Assembly (NCBI GenBank): GCA_048938105.1
Contig: JBHLMN010000019.1
Location: 32,001 to 96,000 of the forward strand
Direction: 5' to 3'
DNA length: 64,000 nt
Source of the DNA: Promethearchaeota archaeon
GTDB lineage: Archaea > Asgardarchaeota > Heimdallarchaeia > Hodarchaeales > Hodarchaeaceae
The notes under the pieces are model-generated. The model was not told the origin of the DNA. It ran no database searches and saw only the letters and a program-made list of their open reading frames with translations. Position 1 is the stretch's first letter. Each line of letters starts with the position of its first letter. This document shows, piece by piece, positions 9,840 through 19,475 of the stretch. The translations under genes were made by a program, and so were the position numbers.

Positions 9840-11138
9840 ATGAAGATAAACCAAACAATAGTTCCAACAGGGCTGTTCCAATTCATATCTTTTTTACGTA
9901 GAGCAATTTTCTACGCTTTCTTCTATCTCTATTTAAGAACATTCTTGGAATTACCGAATACTTTAGCAGCCTTATTAGGTACAATGAATTTTCTAGGCTC
10001 ATTATTTGGTCAAATAAAAATTTGGGGCCCACGACTTAACCGTCAACCCTCATTAGCTAGACCCTATGTTATACGCGGTGAATTGATTGCAGCGGTTACC
10101 TATTTTCTAGCATTTACAGGACACTATTATTTCTTGGAATTAGGATCTAAAATAGGAGCTGCTTTTCTTATGATAATACTCTTATCAATTCTGGAGATTT
10201 TTTGGAGTATGAGCGATTTAGGAGTTAGGTTCCTAATAGCTCAAGCAACAGAAGGCCAAAAAAGAGGTCAGTTTGTAGGTTTAATCGATGGATTAGGTTT
10301 AATTGGCCAAATTATCGGATTTCTTATGAGCGGACTTCTTTATCGTGATGGTTTAGGTTTTAGTGAAGGAACAATCTTCTATGTGGTAGTCGTTTTAATA
10401 CTTCTTTGCGCAGTTGTTATTCAATTATATCCCCAAGTCGAGAAAACTGATGTCGACTTTTTGGCTTTAAAATCCCCTCAAAATGTCCGAGAATTACTTA
10501 AAAATCGATCATTTCTTTTTTTCATACTTTGTCTCATAGTTTTGGTTATTGGGATCTCATCAAGTACCCAAATCTTTCTTTATTATGGTAAAGATCAAAT
10601 TGGCTTAGATTTTAATGATCAGTTGATAAGCTATCTGTTGATTCTCTTTTCTTTAAGTGGTGGAATAATTACTCCACTCGCAGGAAGAGCCTCAGATAAG
10701 ATCGGTCGAATTCCTGTTATCATTTTTGGAAGTTTTGGGGCGTCAATTAGTTATTTATCGTTTTTTTTGTTAGGAAAGCAACAATTTTTGATTATTGCAA
10801 TAGTCTATTCCTTATTGGGTGCATGTTTTGCTTTACTACAAAGTGTAGCATTCGCTCACATAGCTGACATTTTACCAGAGGAATTGAGGGGTACAGGTTT
10901 CGCATTGTATAATATTACTCTTGCAACAGGGTGGGGTTTGGCAGGATTTATTGTAGGTGGCCCTGTAGCAGACCTGTTAATCTTCACTGGGCAACCAACA
11001 GCCATAGCCTACCGTATCTCCTTTTTAGTATCTAGTTTGGTAATTTTATCAGGAACTTTGGCATTATGGGCGTATTTAAGAATTATTAGACGGGAAACGC
11101 CGCCAATGAACCTTAATATGAACCATTTTTCGAGGTAA
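9840..11138 (+). CDS. MFS transporter
   Basis: About 12 TM segments; motif A GRASDKIGR; IADILPEELRGTGFALYN. Confidence 0.88.
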   Translation: MKINQTIVPTGLFQFISFLRRAIFYAFFYLYLRTFLELPNTLAALLGTMNFLGSLFGQIKIWGPRLNRQPSLARPYVIRGELIAAVTYFLAFTGHYYFLELGSKIGAAFLMIILLSILEIFWSMSDLGVRFLIAQATEGQKRGQFVGLIDGLGLIGQIIGFLMSGLLYRDGLGFSEGTIFYVVVVLILLCAVVIQLYPQVEKTDVDFLALKSPQNVRELLKNRSFLFFILCLIVLVIGISSSTQIFLYYGKDQIGLDFNDQLISYLLILFSLSGGIITPLAGRASDKIGRIPVIIFGSFGASISYLSFFLLGKQQFLIIAIVYSLLGACFALLQSVAFAHIADILPEELRGTGFALYNITLATGWGLAGFIVGGPVADLLIFTGQPTAIAYRISFLVSSLVILSGTLALWAYLRIIRRETPPMNLNMNHFSR

Positions 11139-11274
11139 ATCAATAATTCGAAGTGTAACTGAAATTTGTAAGTAAGCAAAAGAGTATTATATTTTGTTCA
11201 GTCAGAATGTTATTGGAATTGTCAAGTGCCTATTCTGAAAAATTGAAATTACTATAAATTTAGGTTTCTAGGAA

Positions 11275-13707
11275 ATGACACAAAAAACCTCTGTATCTAG
11301 AATTGAACAATTAATAGAGAAGCATCCAGAGAAAACAAACAGAATTATCATTTTCGGATTTAAAATTAATATTCTTGAAAACTTTAGGTCATTTTTTAAG
11401 GACTTACATCCACGTTTAATCTTTTTAGATCTTTCAATGCATTATTGCTCTGTTAGAAGGGAAATACGGGAGGAATTTAAAGATCAATTGATAGAAAAAC
11501 ACTTTAATAACTCAATGAATAGAGAAAATACTCAAATATGTGAAATTACGGAAGAATTTTGGAGAAAAATCAAAAAATTAGTGAACTGTTGTAAATTTAT
11601 ATTAGATGGAGAGGGCTTTTTCTCAGTTAAGACGAATGGTTCAATTAAGTCTCATTTGAAAACCTTTCTAGATGGTATTTTTGGAGGTGAAAGGTTTGTC
11701 AACGAAATCATCATAAACTCCCCTTATAAGCACTGGTACACTCCATGTTCTACAGTTTTTGAGAGGACTGATTATATTTTACTTTATTCTCAAAGTCCTG
11801 ATCCAAGAATTAACCCTGTGTTAAATGAAAAAGAAAGTGGCGGATATTGGCATTCTTTCGTTTCTAAGGGTCAAGGTACACCCAAAAAATTCATTTTTCG
11901 AGATATAGGAGAAGTAATCTTGGCACCTCCTCCTGGAACTCACTGGAAATTAAAACAAGAAACTATTTTGGATCTATGTGCAAAAGGTCAGATTCGGTTA
12001 AATAAAAAGGGTAATCCAGAGTATTGGGTACCACCAAAAAGAGGCCAAATAATTGATTCCAATTGGTTAGATATACAAAGCTTCGAATTGGGCTTAAATC
12101 ACAAGTTTTTGATTTCTTCTAGTATTTACTCTAGACTAATGAGTATGTGTTTAAAGGAAAAAGATCTTTTCCTTGACCTGTCTGTTGATTTTGGAGAATC
12201 ACTTGTTGTTGCAGACCGATTGAAGCTGAAATGGATAGGATTGGGAAAAAATGAGCATATATTGGAGGGAATATCAAAAAAATTGACAAAAAATGGCATA
12301 TTTTTTACAGCTTATGTGTATAATTCTTTTACTGACTCCTTAGATAACTTTCGTGATTTTTACAATCAAAATAAAGTTGTTAATATCGTCTCACATGCCA
12401 AGAACGAGAAATTTCTTCAATTAACAGAGAAGTTCAGAACTCAACAACAGATACCTAATATGGAAAGATCAGTAGAATGGGCAAACATGTTGATTTTAGG
12501 GGATTCCTTTGATGTTATACCCCTTTTGGAGCCTAAATTACGGGAAAAATTAAAGGTAATATACATTGATCCCCCATTCTTTACTGGAACTAATGAGAAT
12601 ATCGTAATTCCTATTTGTTTATCAACAGAACGAGATTCTGACTCAACAGAGGATATTAATTACCCAATTGAGGATTTGGCGTATAAAAATGTTCTAGATG
12701 AGTCGGATCCTATCGACTTCTTTAAAAAATGGTTCAAAAAACGTATTTTACTAATGAAGCCTTTACTACGTGAGGATGGATTCATTTTTGTACGCTTTGA
12801 TTATCATTTCGGTCATTATGCAAAAATAGTGCTGGATGAAGTATTTGGACGTCAAAATTTTGTCAATGAGTTTTTAGTGCGAAGAATGAAGAAAAACTTA
12901 TCCCTAAAGCAGGCCTATAGTCAAACGCATTTGATTGTTCATTCAGATTCAGTTTTGACATATCAAAAAAGTGAGAAGGCTAAGCTTAAAACATCACATA
13001 TCAAGAAAAGGAAGAGAAGAAGCCAGGACTTCGTAGAGAGGCAGTATTCTAATGATAACATCTGGCTTGATATCGCAGGTTATGAAAAACTAAAGAAAAC
13101 ACTCTATCCAACAGAGAACTCTGAATCACTTCTATCTCGAATAATCCAAGTTTCATCCGAAAAAGGTGACATTATTGCTGATTTTTTCTGTGGATCAGGA
13201 ACTACCGTTGCAGTAGCAGAAAAATTAGAAAGAAAATGGTTAGGGGTTGATATTGGTCAATATTCTATTCATGAAATAAAGAAGAGAATTCTGAAGATAC
13301 CTTATTATAAACCATTTAATGTTCTTAAAATTTCCTCTTTTAATGCTCTAAAGACTTCAAATCGCAATTATAATGTTCCAATAGTTAAATTAAGATCTAA
13401 AGTTAGAGATAAGACACTAGTAATAACTATAACAGAATTCATTCCAAGTAAGTGTATAGATATTTCGAAAAAGCATGATTTTATTGATTTCATCGATTAT
13501 TGGGTAATCGATTGGAACTATCGGGGTAACGTCTTTGAAGCTCGTTGGTGTTCTTATCGGGAATTAAAGGGGAAAAAAGTATTGAAACACATCCTAGTAT
13601 CAGCCACTCATAAATACTCTAAAGCTGGGAGTTACATTGTAGCAGTTGCAGTTATCGACGTATTTGGGAATGATACGAAACAATTTATTGTTATTGAAAC
13701 ATGTTAA
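11275..13707 (+). CDS. Beta-class (Type III Mod-like) DNA adenine methyltransferase with duplicated, degenerate N-terminal MTase domain and C-terminal PKD-like domain
   Basis: C-terminal copy has IYIDPPF, YPTE and DFFCGSGTT; N-terminal copy aligns with it but has LDLSM and DLSVDFG. Confidence 0.85.
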   Translation: MTQKTSVSRIEQLIEKHPEKTNRIIIFGFKINILENFRSFFKDLHPRLIFLDLSMHYCSVRREIREEFKDQLIEKHFNNSMNRENTQICEITEEFWRKIKKLVNCCKFILDGEGFFSVKTNGSIKSHLKTFLDGIFGGERFVNEIIINSPYKHWYTPCSTVFERTDYILLYSQSPDPRINPVLNEKESGGYWHSFVSKGQGTPKKFIFRDIGEVILAPPPGTHWKLKQETILDLCAKGQIRLNKKGNPEYWVPPKRGQIIDSNWLDIQSFELGLNHKFLISSSIYSRLMSMCLKEKDLFLDLSVDFGESLVVADRLKLKWIGLGKNEHILEGISKKLTKNGIFFTAYVYNSFTDSLDNFRDFYNQNKVVNIVSHAKNEKFLQLTEKFRTQQQIPNMERSVEWANMLILGDSFDVIPLLEPKLREKLKVIYIDPPFFTGTNENIVIPICLSTERDSDSTEDINYPIEDLAYKNVLDESDPIDFFKKWFKKRILLMKPLLREDGFIFVRFDYHFGHYAKIVLDEVFGRQNFVNEFLVRRMKKNLSLKQAYSQTHLIVHSDSVLTYQKSEKAKLKTSHIKKRKRRSQDFVERQYSNDNIWLDIAGYEKLKKTLYPTENSESLLSRIIQVSSEKGDIIADFFCGSGTTVAVAEKLERKWLGVDIGQYSIHEIKKRILKIPYYKPFNVLKISSFNALKTSNRNYNVPIVKLRSKVRDKTLVITITEFIPSKCIDISKKHDFIDFIDYWVIDWNYRGNVFEARWCSYRELKGKKVLKHILVSATHKYSKAGSYIVAVAVIDVFGNDTKQFIVIETC

Positions 13708-13751
13708 TAGCCGTAATATAGTTAAAAAAAACAGAAAAAGAAAGATACGAG

Positions 13752-14183
13752 ATGAAGCTTATGACAGTTTTTCAATCCGAAATACAACTAAAAGATACTC
13801 ATGAAACTGAAATTGTAAACATTACTTCTGAGTTAGAACAAGTTGTTCGACAATCTGGAGTGAAATCTGGGGTAGCAAGTATATTTGTTGCTGGTTCTAC
13901 TGGAGCAATTATTACTTTAGAGTATGAACCAGGGCTTTTACGTGATATACCTGACTTTTTAGAGCGAGTGGCACCTAAGTCTGGGATTGACTACTTCCAT
14001 GAACAGACGTGGCATGATGGGAATGGACATTCCCACGTTAGGGCATCTTTATTGGGACCATCATTGACTATTCCAATTAATCAGGGACGAGTAATTCATG
14101 GTACTTGGCAGCAAGTTGCATTCATGGAATTAGATGTAAAACCGCGAAAACGTCGCTTGTATGTAACTGTTATTGGAGAATAA
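13752..14183 (+). CDS. yjbQ: YjbQ/UPF0047 family protein
   Basis: EYEPGL, HDGNGHSHVRASLLGPS, GTWQQV..ELD. Confidence 0.92.
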   Translation: MKLMTVFQSEIQLKDTHETEIVNITSELEQVVRQSGVKSGVASIFVAGSTGAIITLEYEPGLLRDIPDFLERVAPKSGIDYFHEQTWHDGNGHSHVRASLLGPSLTIPINQGRVIHGTWQQVAFMELDVKPRKRRLYVTVIGE

Positions 14184-14443
14184 TTGCAGTACAATTCTTC
14201 TACTCTTTTTTGAACAGCCTTAAAAGAAAAAAAACGTTTCCACTAGACTCGAAATTAAGCGCTTAGATGATTTTAACAAATTAGTTTTGTTGATTCATAG
14301 CTTAGAATCTCTTATGAAAATGCCCAAAGGTCTGGATAAAAATCTATAGCACAGTTTTTGACGATTCATACACGTACTTAAACAGTTCCATACGAACATA
14401 TGTCAATGCAACCTCAACTCTGGATAAACTCTTTGCAGTTAAG

Positions 14444-14788
14444 TTGGTTGTTTTAAGTATGATTGTAGCAGCGGATGCTATCATTGAAAAACTAGAAAAA
14501 ACTAGTGATACTCCGTTTCAGAGCTATTTAGAGGATTCTAGCTTTTTTTTACCAATGGCTGCATATGAACAACGATTAACTGAACTGTGTTTATTAGAGG
14601 AAAGGAATTTTGTGCCCTCCCATTTCGAATTATCACGCCGGTTACGTAAAGCTTTAGATACTTTACGGGTAATTCACGGCCAGTTTAGTTTACGTTCGTT
14701 ATTAGCAGTTAATATCAAAGAATTCATCAATGAGTCACAATTTTTTATCTTAGATATTCAGTCACTAGTAGAAGAGAATCCCCGATAG
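14444..14788 (+). CDS. Hypothetical helical protein; frame is open upstream to ~14318, so the true start is uncertain
   Basis: Fills the gap between yjbQ and the convergent tfb; no recognisable motif. Confidence 0.5.
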   Translation: MVVLSMIVAADAIIEKLEKTSDTPFQSYLEDSSFFLPMAAYEQRLTELCLLEERNFVPSHFELSRRLRKALDTLRVIHGQFSLRSLLAVNIKEFINESQFFILDIQSLVEENPR

Positions 14789-14792
14789 AGCA

Positions 14793-15770
14793 TCATCTAT
14801 ATGAGCGTCGTTTTTTACGAACCCATTTTGTTGGATTTTCAATAATTACTGGTTTTGCAGCAGCTCCTCTCTTCACCTCAAACTTTTCTAGACCTAATCC
14901 TTTTGCAAGCTCTTTAAATCTATTCCGAATTGTAACTGGGGTTGTTCGAGCAGGAGTAGCAATTTGTTGTTGGGTACGGCGCTCACCAGTTTGAATTGAA
15001 GCGATGTAAATTGCCGCTGCAGCTAAGGACATTGGAATTTTCCCCATCGTAAGTTTCTTTTCTCGGGCTTCAGTGAGAATATCGATTGCGACTTTTCTAG
15101 TATACATGGTTAATCCTAAGTTTTCACCCAATCGGTTAACAAGAGTGACTGGATCGGGACTAGTGTTAGTAACATTAATATTCTGGAGAAAAATCCGAAC
15201 ACAGCGTCCTAATTCCTTAGTTGTGATATTTGCAGTCTCCGCTGTATCCTTCAGTGTGATTGCGGCCTTTTTTTTTCGACAAGCGAGATATATCGATGCA
15301 CTAATCATTCCAATAACTGAACGGCCTTTAATCAAGTCTTTATCGAGGGCTAACCTGTAAAGAAGAATAGCTGTTTCAGCAATGTCATCTGAAAGATTTA
15401 AATGAGATTTAATGCGTTTTAATTCCACTAAGGCGCTTTTGAGATTACGTGTAGTTCTATCTTGAATTCGTTCATCCATTTGAGACAAGCGGGCGTACTT
15501 TGCTTGAGTGGCAGTATCCAGTGTTTTGCCATAGGTATCCTTTTTGCCAACAATAACAGTTCTCATTTCCCGATTATTTAAGATAGAAGTTGGTAAACCA
15601 ACACGAACTTTTGATTTCTCTTCCTCCGAATTATATGCACGCCACTCAGGTTCACGGCTAAAAATAACGCTGTTTGCGACCAGGCCACAGTCCTCACAGA
15701 TGATTTCTCCCCGTTGTTCATCATATAGCATTGCATTACTATTACATTCACTACATTTATCATAAATCAC
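14793..15770 (-). CDS. tfb: Transcription initiation factor IIB (TFB)
   Basis: CSEC...CEDCG zinc ribbon, PEWRAY, two cyclin repeats (KGRS..ASIYLACR; AAAAIYIAS; TIRNRFKEL). Confidence 0.95.
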   Translation of the reverse strand: MIYDKCSECNSNAMLYDEQRGEIICEDCGLVANSVIFSREPEWRAYNSEEEKSKVRVGLPTSILNNREMRTVIVGKKDTYGKTLDTATQAKYARLSQMDERIQDRTTRNLKSALVELKRIKSHLNLSDDIAETAILLYRLALDKDLIKGRSVIGMISASIYLACRKKKAAITLKDTAETANITTKELGRCVRIFLQNINVTNTSPDPVTLVNRLGENLGLTMYTRKVAIDILTEAREKKLTMGKIPMSLAAAAIYIASIQTGERRTQQQIATPARTTPVTIRNRFKELAKGLGLEKFEVKRGAAAKPVIIENPTKWVRKKRRSYR

Positions 15771-16370
15771 TGGTCTCTTCTCCAGAATTTCTACATTTCC
15801 ATTAAAAAAAATTCTCCTTAATAAAGCTTTACTATTTAATACATGAAAGTATTATGTAATTCATTACATATAATATATTTACTTATAAAATAATTTTAAA
15901 GTTTCAGGAAATCTTCTTATCTTGTTAAACTCGCCCTCTCCTATCTGTTACATCCTCTTATTTGCATCTTTTAATATTATTACATCAAACACTCGAATAT
16001 ATATATCTTTTACAGTTGTCAATGGGACTAGTATGTCTGTTTATCTTTTTTAAATTGGTCTCGAAGGGTGTAAGTTAAAGCTAACAAAACCAAACATCCT
16101 GCAATAATACCAAGTTGTGTATACATAAAAAGGATTTAGGTTGATTGCTTTGCCTTGGTATTGTCCAAACAAAAAGAAAAAGAGGGAAATCAACGCTCCA
16201 AAAACGGGTTTGAATTTCAAAGATAATCTAGTTATAATATTCTGAATAAAAAGAAGTTTTATTTATCATTTATAGAGGGGTTTCTCTAGAAGATAGAAAA
16301 GGGAATAAAATAATAAAAAATTACCAAATTAATTTCAAGAAAGCTTGTAATCGTCTAGGTTGGGTGCTAC

Positions 16371-16757
16371 TCAACTTTTACACATGTCACATCCTTCGTG
16401 AACCAGCCCATATTTCTTATGAAATTCACAGAGAAAACCCCCCTTCTGTATATACTTTAAAACTCGTTGAACTTCACGTGGAGCACTTTTATTTTCTTCT
16501 GCAATGTTTCGGGCGGCTTCTTGAATTTCTTTTACAATGTCAGAGTTGAATTCAATGTCTCCCCGCGCCCCTTTCTTGTATTGGCTGATAGCTGGTTCAG
16601 TGAGTCCGAATCGCTGAGCAATATCCTTCTGTGGAAGATTATAATCTTCAATGAGGGAATTGGTTATTGAACGACGAATGGCAGGAAGAATATACCAAAC
16701 TATGACTTCTTGAGGTTGGACAAGTTTCTTAAATCGCTTCTTTTTGAGACTCGACAT
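16371..16757 (-). CDS. Archaeal HTH transcriptional regulator with C-terminal Cys/His metal site
   Basis: PQEVIVWYILPAIR, QKDIA..FGLTEPAISQYKKGARG, LCEFH...CDMC. Confidence 0.85.
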   Translation of the reverse strand: MSSLKKKRFKKLVQPQEVIVWYILPAIRRSITNSLIEDYNLPQKDIAQRFGLTEPAISQYKKGARGDIEFNSDIVKEIQEAARNIAEENKSAPREVQRVLKYIQKGGFLCEFHKKYGLVHEGCDMCKS

Positions 16758-16938
16758 GTTAATCAGATTTATTCAAGTGATATTCAGTCTACCTGAGGCC
16801 TATTTTTCTATCTTAACAATTGTATAGGGATATAAAAACATATTTCCTCGATAAAATCAATACTGTTATTCAAAGAACCGATATTTTCTAAAAGTAATAT
16901 TAAAACAGATGGTTTTGAATAATTCTTGAGGTTTACAA

Positions 16939-18258
16939 GTGCAGGAGTCTGGCACAGAAAATTCATTACAGGCATCACGAGAGTGTATACTAATACTGCC
17001 ACTCCCTTTATTTGAACGTCAAAAGTTTCTGAATCAGGAAATGCGTCAGCTTCTAAAATCAGCTCGTTATAATATTTTAAAGGAGTTCGAGATTAGTGCA
17101 AATAATTCAAAATATTTATTCTCTCTCAATCGTCTTCGAGAGATATTTTACGAGATCAGTAATCCTTCTACAATTATTATAGGATCACAACTAACCCCAA
17201 AACAGGGTATTAATCTTGAGAAGCTCTTTAAAACTCGAATAATAGACAAATTTGAGCTAGTTTTAGATATATTTGCTGCAAGAGCAATGACTGAAGAATC
17301 AAAGCTCCAAATCGAACTCGCACGATTGAAATATGAACACCCACGTGAACGATTACGTTTAATGCATAGATTGGGCCTAGATGGTGCTTGGCACACAGAG
17401 AGATCAGGCTTCTGGGGAACCGGTGAAAACCCTCTGAATGTGTTTGAAGCAAAAATGACAAAAACCCAATCACGACTTCAGAATAGACTTGCTGCATTAA
17501 GTAAACAACGTGAAAAAGGGAGATTTTCCCGAAAGAGGCATCATCACGACAGCTTATATGTCAGTATCATTGGGTATACTTCAGCAGGTAAATCTACACT
17601 CCTGAATTCCTTAACCAACTCATATGCCTCACAAGTGAGTTCCTGCTTATTTCAAACACTTGATACTCGGATAAGGAGCTTTCAGCTAGAAGATCTCAAA
17701 ATCTTTGTTACAGATACAGTTGGTTTCATAGAAGATCTTCCCACCTTCTTGATTGATTCATTCAAATCGACGTTAGAAGAAAGTCTAGCTGCTGATATCC
17801 TCCTGATCATCGTTGATGGAAGCGATCCTAAGGAATTAATACTCCGGAAAACTCGAGTTTCAATTCAAACAATAAATGAAATTAATCCTCAGAATTATCG
17901 GGTAATTATTTTAAATAAAATTGATCTTTTAGGTGCCTCAAAACATGAGGAAAAGATTAAATTCTTAGAAAGTCATTTTCCCGAATTACCAATTGTCTCT
18001 GTTTCTGCAATTCAGAATATAGAGCCTTTAATTGCAGAAATAGATGAATTTCGACCAAAACAACGATTTCGATGTTCTTATTCACCTAGCTATCAATTTC
18101 GATCTTTTTGTTATGATTTTACCCATGTTGAACATGAAACTTTCGAGAACAATGATTGGGAAATGGTACTCAGCTTACGAAAACCCAAATATGGAATAGA
18201 AATGCTAAAACATCATGCCCAAAAATTAGGAATTAAGATTGAAATGGAGTCAATATGA
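16939..18258 (+). CDS. hflX: GTPase HflX
   Basis: ESKLQIELARLKY, G1 GYTSAGKST, FQTLDT, DTVGFIEDLP, NKID. Confidence 0.93.
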   Translation: MQESGTENSLQASRECILILPLPLFERQKFLNQEMRQLLKSARYNILKEFEISANNSKYLFSLNRLREIFYEISNPSTIIIGSQLTPKQGINLEKLFKTRIIDKFELVLDIFAARAMTEESKLQIELARLKYEHPRERLRLMHRLGLDGAWHTERSGFWGTGENPLNVFEAKMTKTQSRLQNRLAALSKQREKGRFSRKRHHHDSLYVSIIGYTSAGKSTLLNSLTNSYASQVSSCLFQTLDTRIRSFQLEDLKIFVTDTVGFIEDLPTFLIDSFKSTLEESLAADILLIIVDGSDPKELILRKTRVSIQTINEINPQNYRVIILNKIDLLGASKHEEKIKFLESHFPELPIVSVSAIQNIEPLIAEIDEFRPKQRFRCSYSPSYQFRSFCYDFTHVEHETFENNDWEMVLSLRKPKYGIEMLKHHAQKLGIKIEMESI

Positions 18259-19444
18259 ACTGAAAAATAGCTATTTATTCCTGGTTTCGATTTTTATTGT
18301 GTTATTTGGGTTAACATTTACACAATTAACTCCAAAAAAAGCATTATCTTCTCTTGATCCCGATATTCAATGGAACCTAGTAGATGTAGGAGCTGAAGAA
18401 GCTTGGAATTACACTCAGGGTAATCCAAATATCGTTGTAGCTGTGATCGATAGTGGAATTGATTTTACTCATCAAGATTTAAAGAATCAATCATGGAGTA
18501 ACCCTAATGAGATTCCTAAGAATGGGAAGGATGATGACAAGAATGGGTATGTTGATGACATTGTTGGATGGGATTTCCGAGACAATGATAACGATCCATC
18601 TCCAGGACATAAACATGGGACTTTTGTTGCTGGTTTGATTGCTGCAGATGATGATAATGACATATGTGTAGGAATTGCTCCAAATATTCATTTAATGTCA
18701 CTAAGATTTCTCAATGATCAAAATCGCTTTGGAGGAGAAGATTGGGGTATTTTTGAAGAAGCAATCAGATATGCAACCCAAAATGGAGCAGATATTATCC
18801 ACATGTCTATTCAAGCTTGTAGTATACCTCCAGATCCATTCCACGATGCTATAATAGATGCTTATGAATTAGGAATTTCAATAGTAAGCGTCACTGGTAA
18901 TATTCCAGCTTGTGGAAAAACGCATGTTCATTACCCTGGAAATTATTCTGAAGTCATTGCTGTTTCTGCAACAAACCAATCACATGGTATAGCCAGCTTC
19001 TCTTGTTATGGTGGACAAAATGAAATCTGTGCTCCTGGTGACAAAGTTTTCTCGATTTACCCTGACACTTGGACACCACAACTTGGATCAGGAACATCCT
19101 TCGCTGCTCCTTTGGTCTCTGGTACAATTGCTCTTATACTCTCAATTAATCCTAGTTTGTCAATTGAAGAAATTCGGTCTATTCTTCATGAAACAAGTAA
19201 CGATTTAGGAGTCAGTGGAGAGGATCCTTTTTTCGGGTATGGGTTACTTAATGTATCTGCAGCGCTCGAAAAGGTTATGTTGGAGTATGATAATGGAAGC
19301 ATCTCTAATGAACCTGAATCTTCGACATCTTCGATAACAACCACATCCTCAACTATAAATGGGTTGACAATTAATAATATTGTTGGGGTTCTTGCTTTAA
19401 CTTTTATTTTTAAGAGAAAATTAAAAAAATTAAGAAAAGAATAG
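18239..19444 (+). CDS. Secreted, membrane-anchored S8 subtilisin-like serine protease
   Basis: Signal peptide; triad VIDSG, HGT, GTSFAAP; Ser/Thr linker, hydrophobic helix and basic tail. Confidence 0.92.
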   Translation: MKWSQYELKNSYLFLVSIFIVLFGLTFTQLTPKKALSSLDPDIQWNLVDVGAEEAWNYTQGNPNIVVAVIDSGIDFTHQDLKNQSWSNPNEIPKNGKDDDKNGYVDDIVGWDFRDNDNDPSPGHKHGTFVAGLIAADDDNDICVGIAPNIHLMSLRFLNDQNRFGGEDWGIFEEAIRYATQNGADIIHMSIQACSIPPDPFHDAIIDAYELGISIVSVTGNIPACGKTHVHYPGNYSEVIAVSATNQSHGIASFSCYGGQNEICAPGDKVFSIYPDTWTPQLGSGTSFAAPLVSGTIALILSINPSLSIEEIRSILHETSNDLGVSGEDPFFGYGLLNVSAALEKVMLEYDNGSISNEPESSTSSITTTSSTINGLTINNIVGVLALTFIFKRKLKKLRKE

Positions 19445-19475
19445 AAGAATATTGATTATACTCAAAATTTAATGT

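Noticed and set aside
15771-16370. Long AT-rich intergenic region as an ncRNA or replication origin
   Set aside because: No stable hairpin series or ORB-like repeats recognised; likely promoter DNA for tfb.
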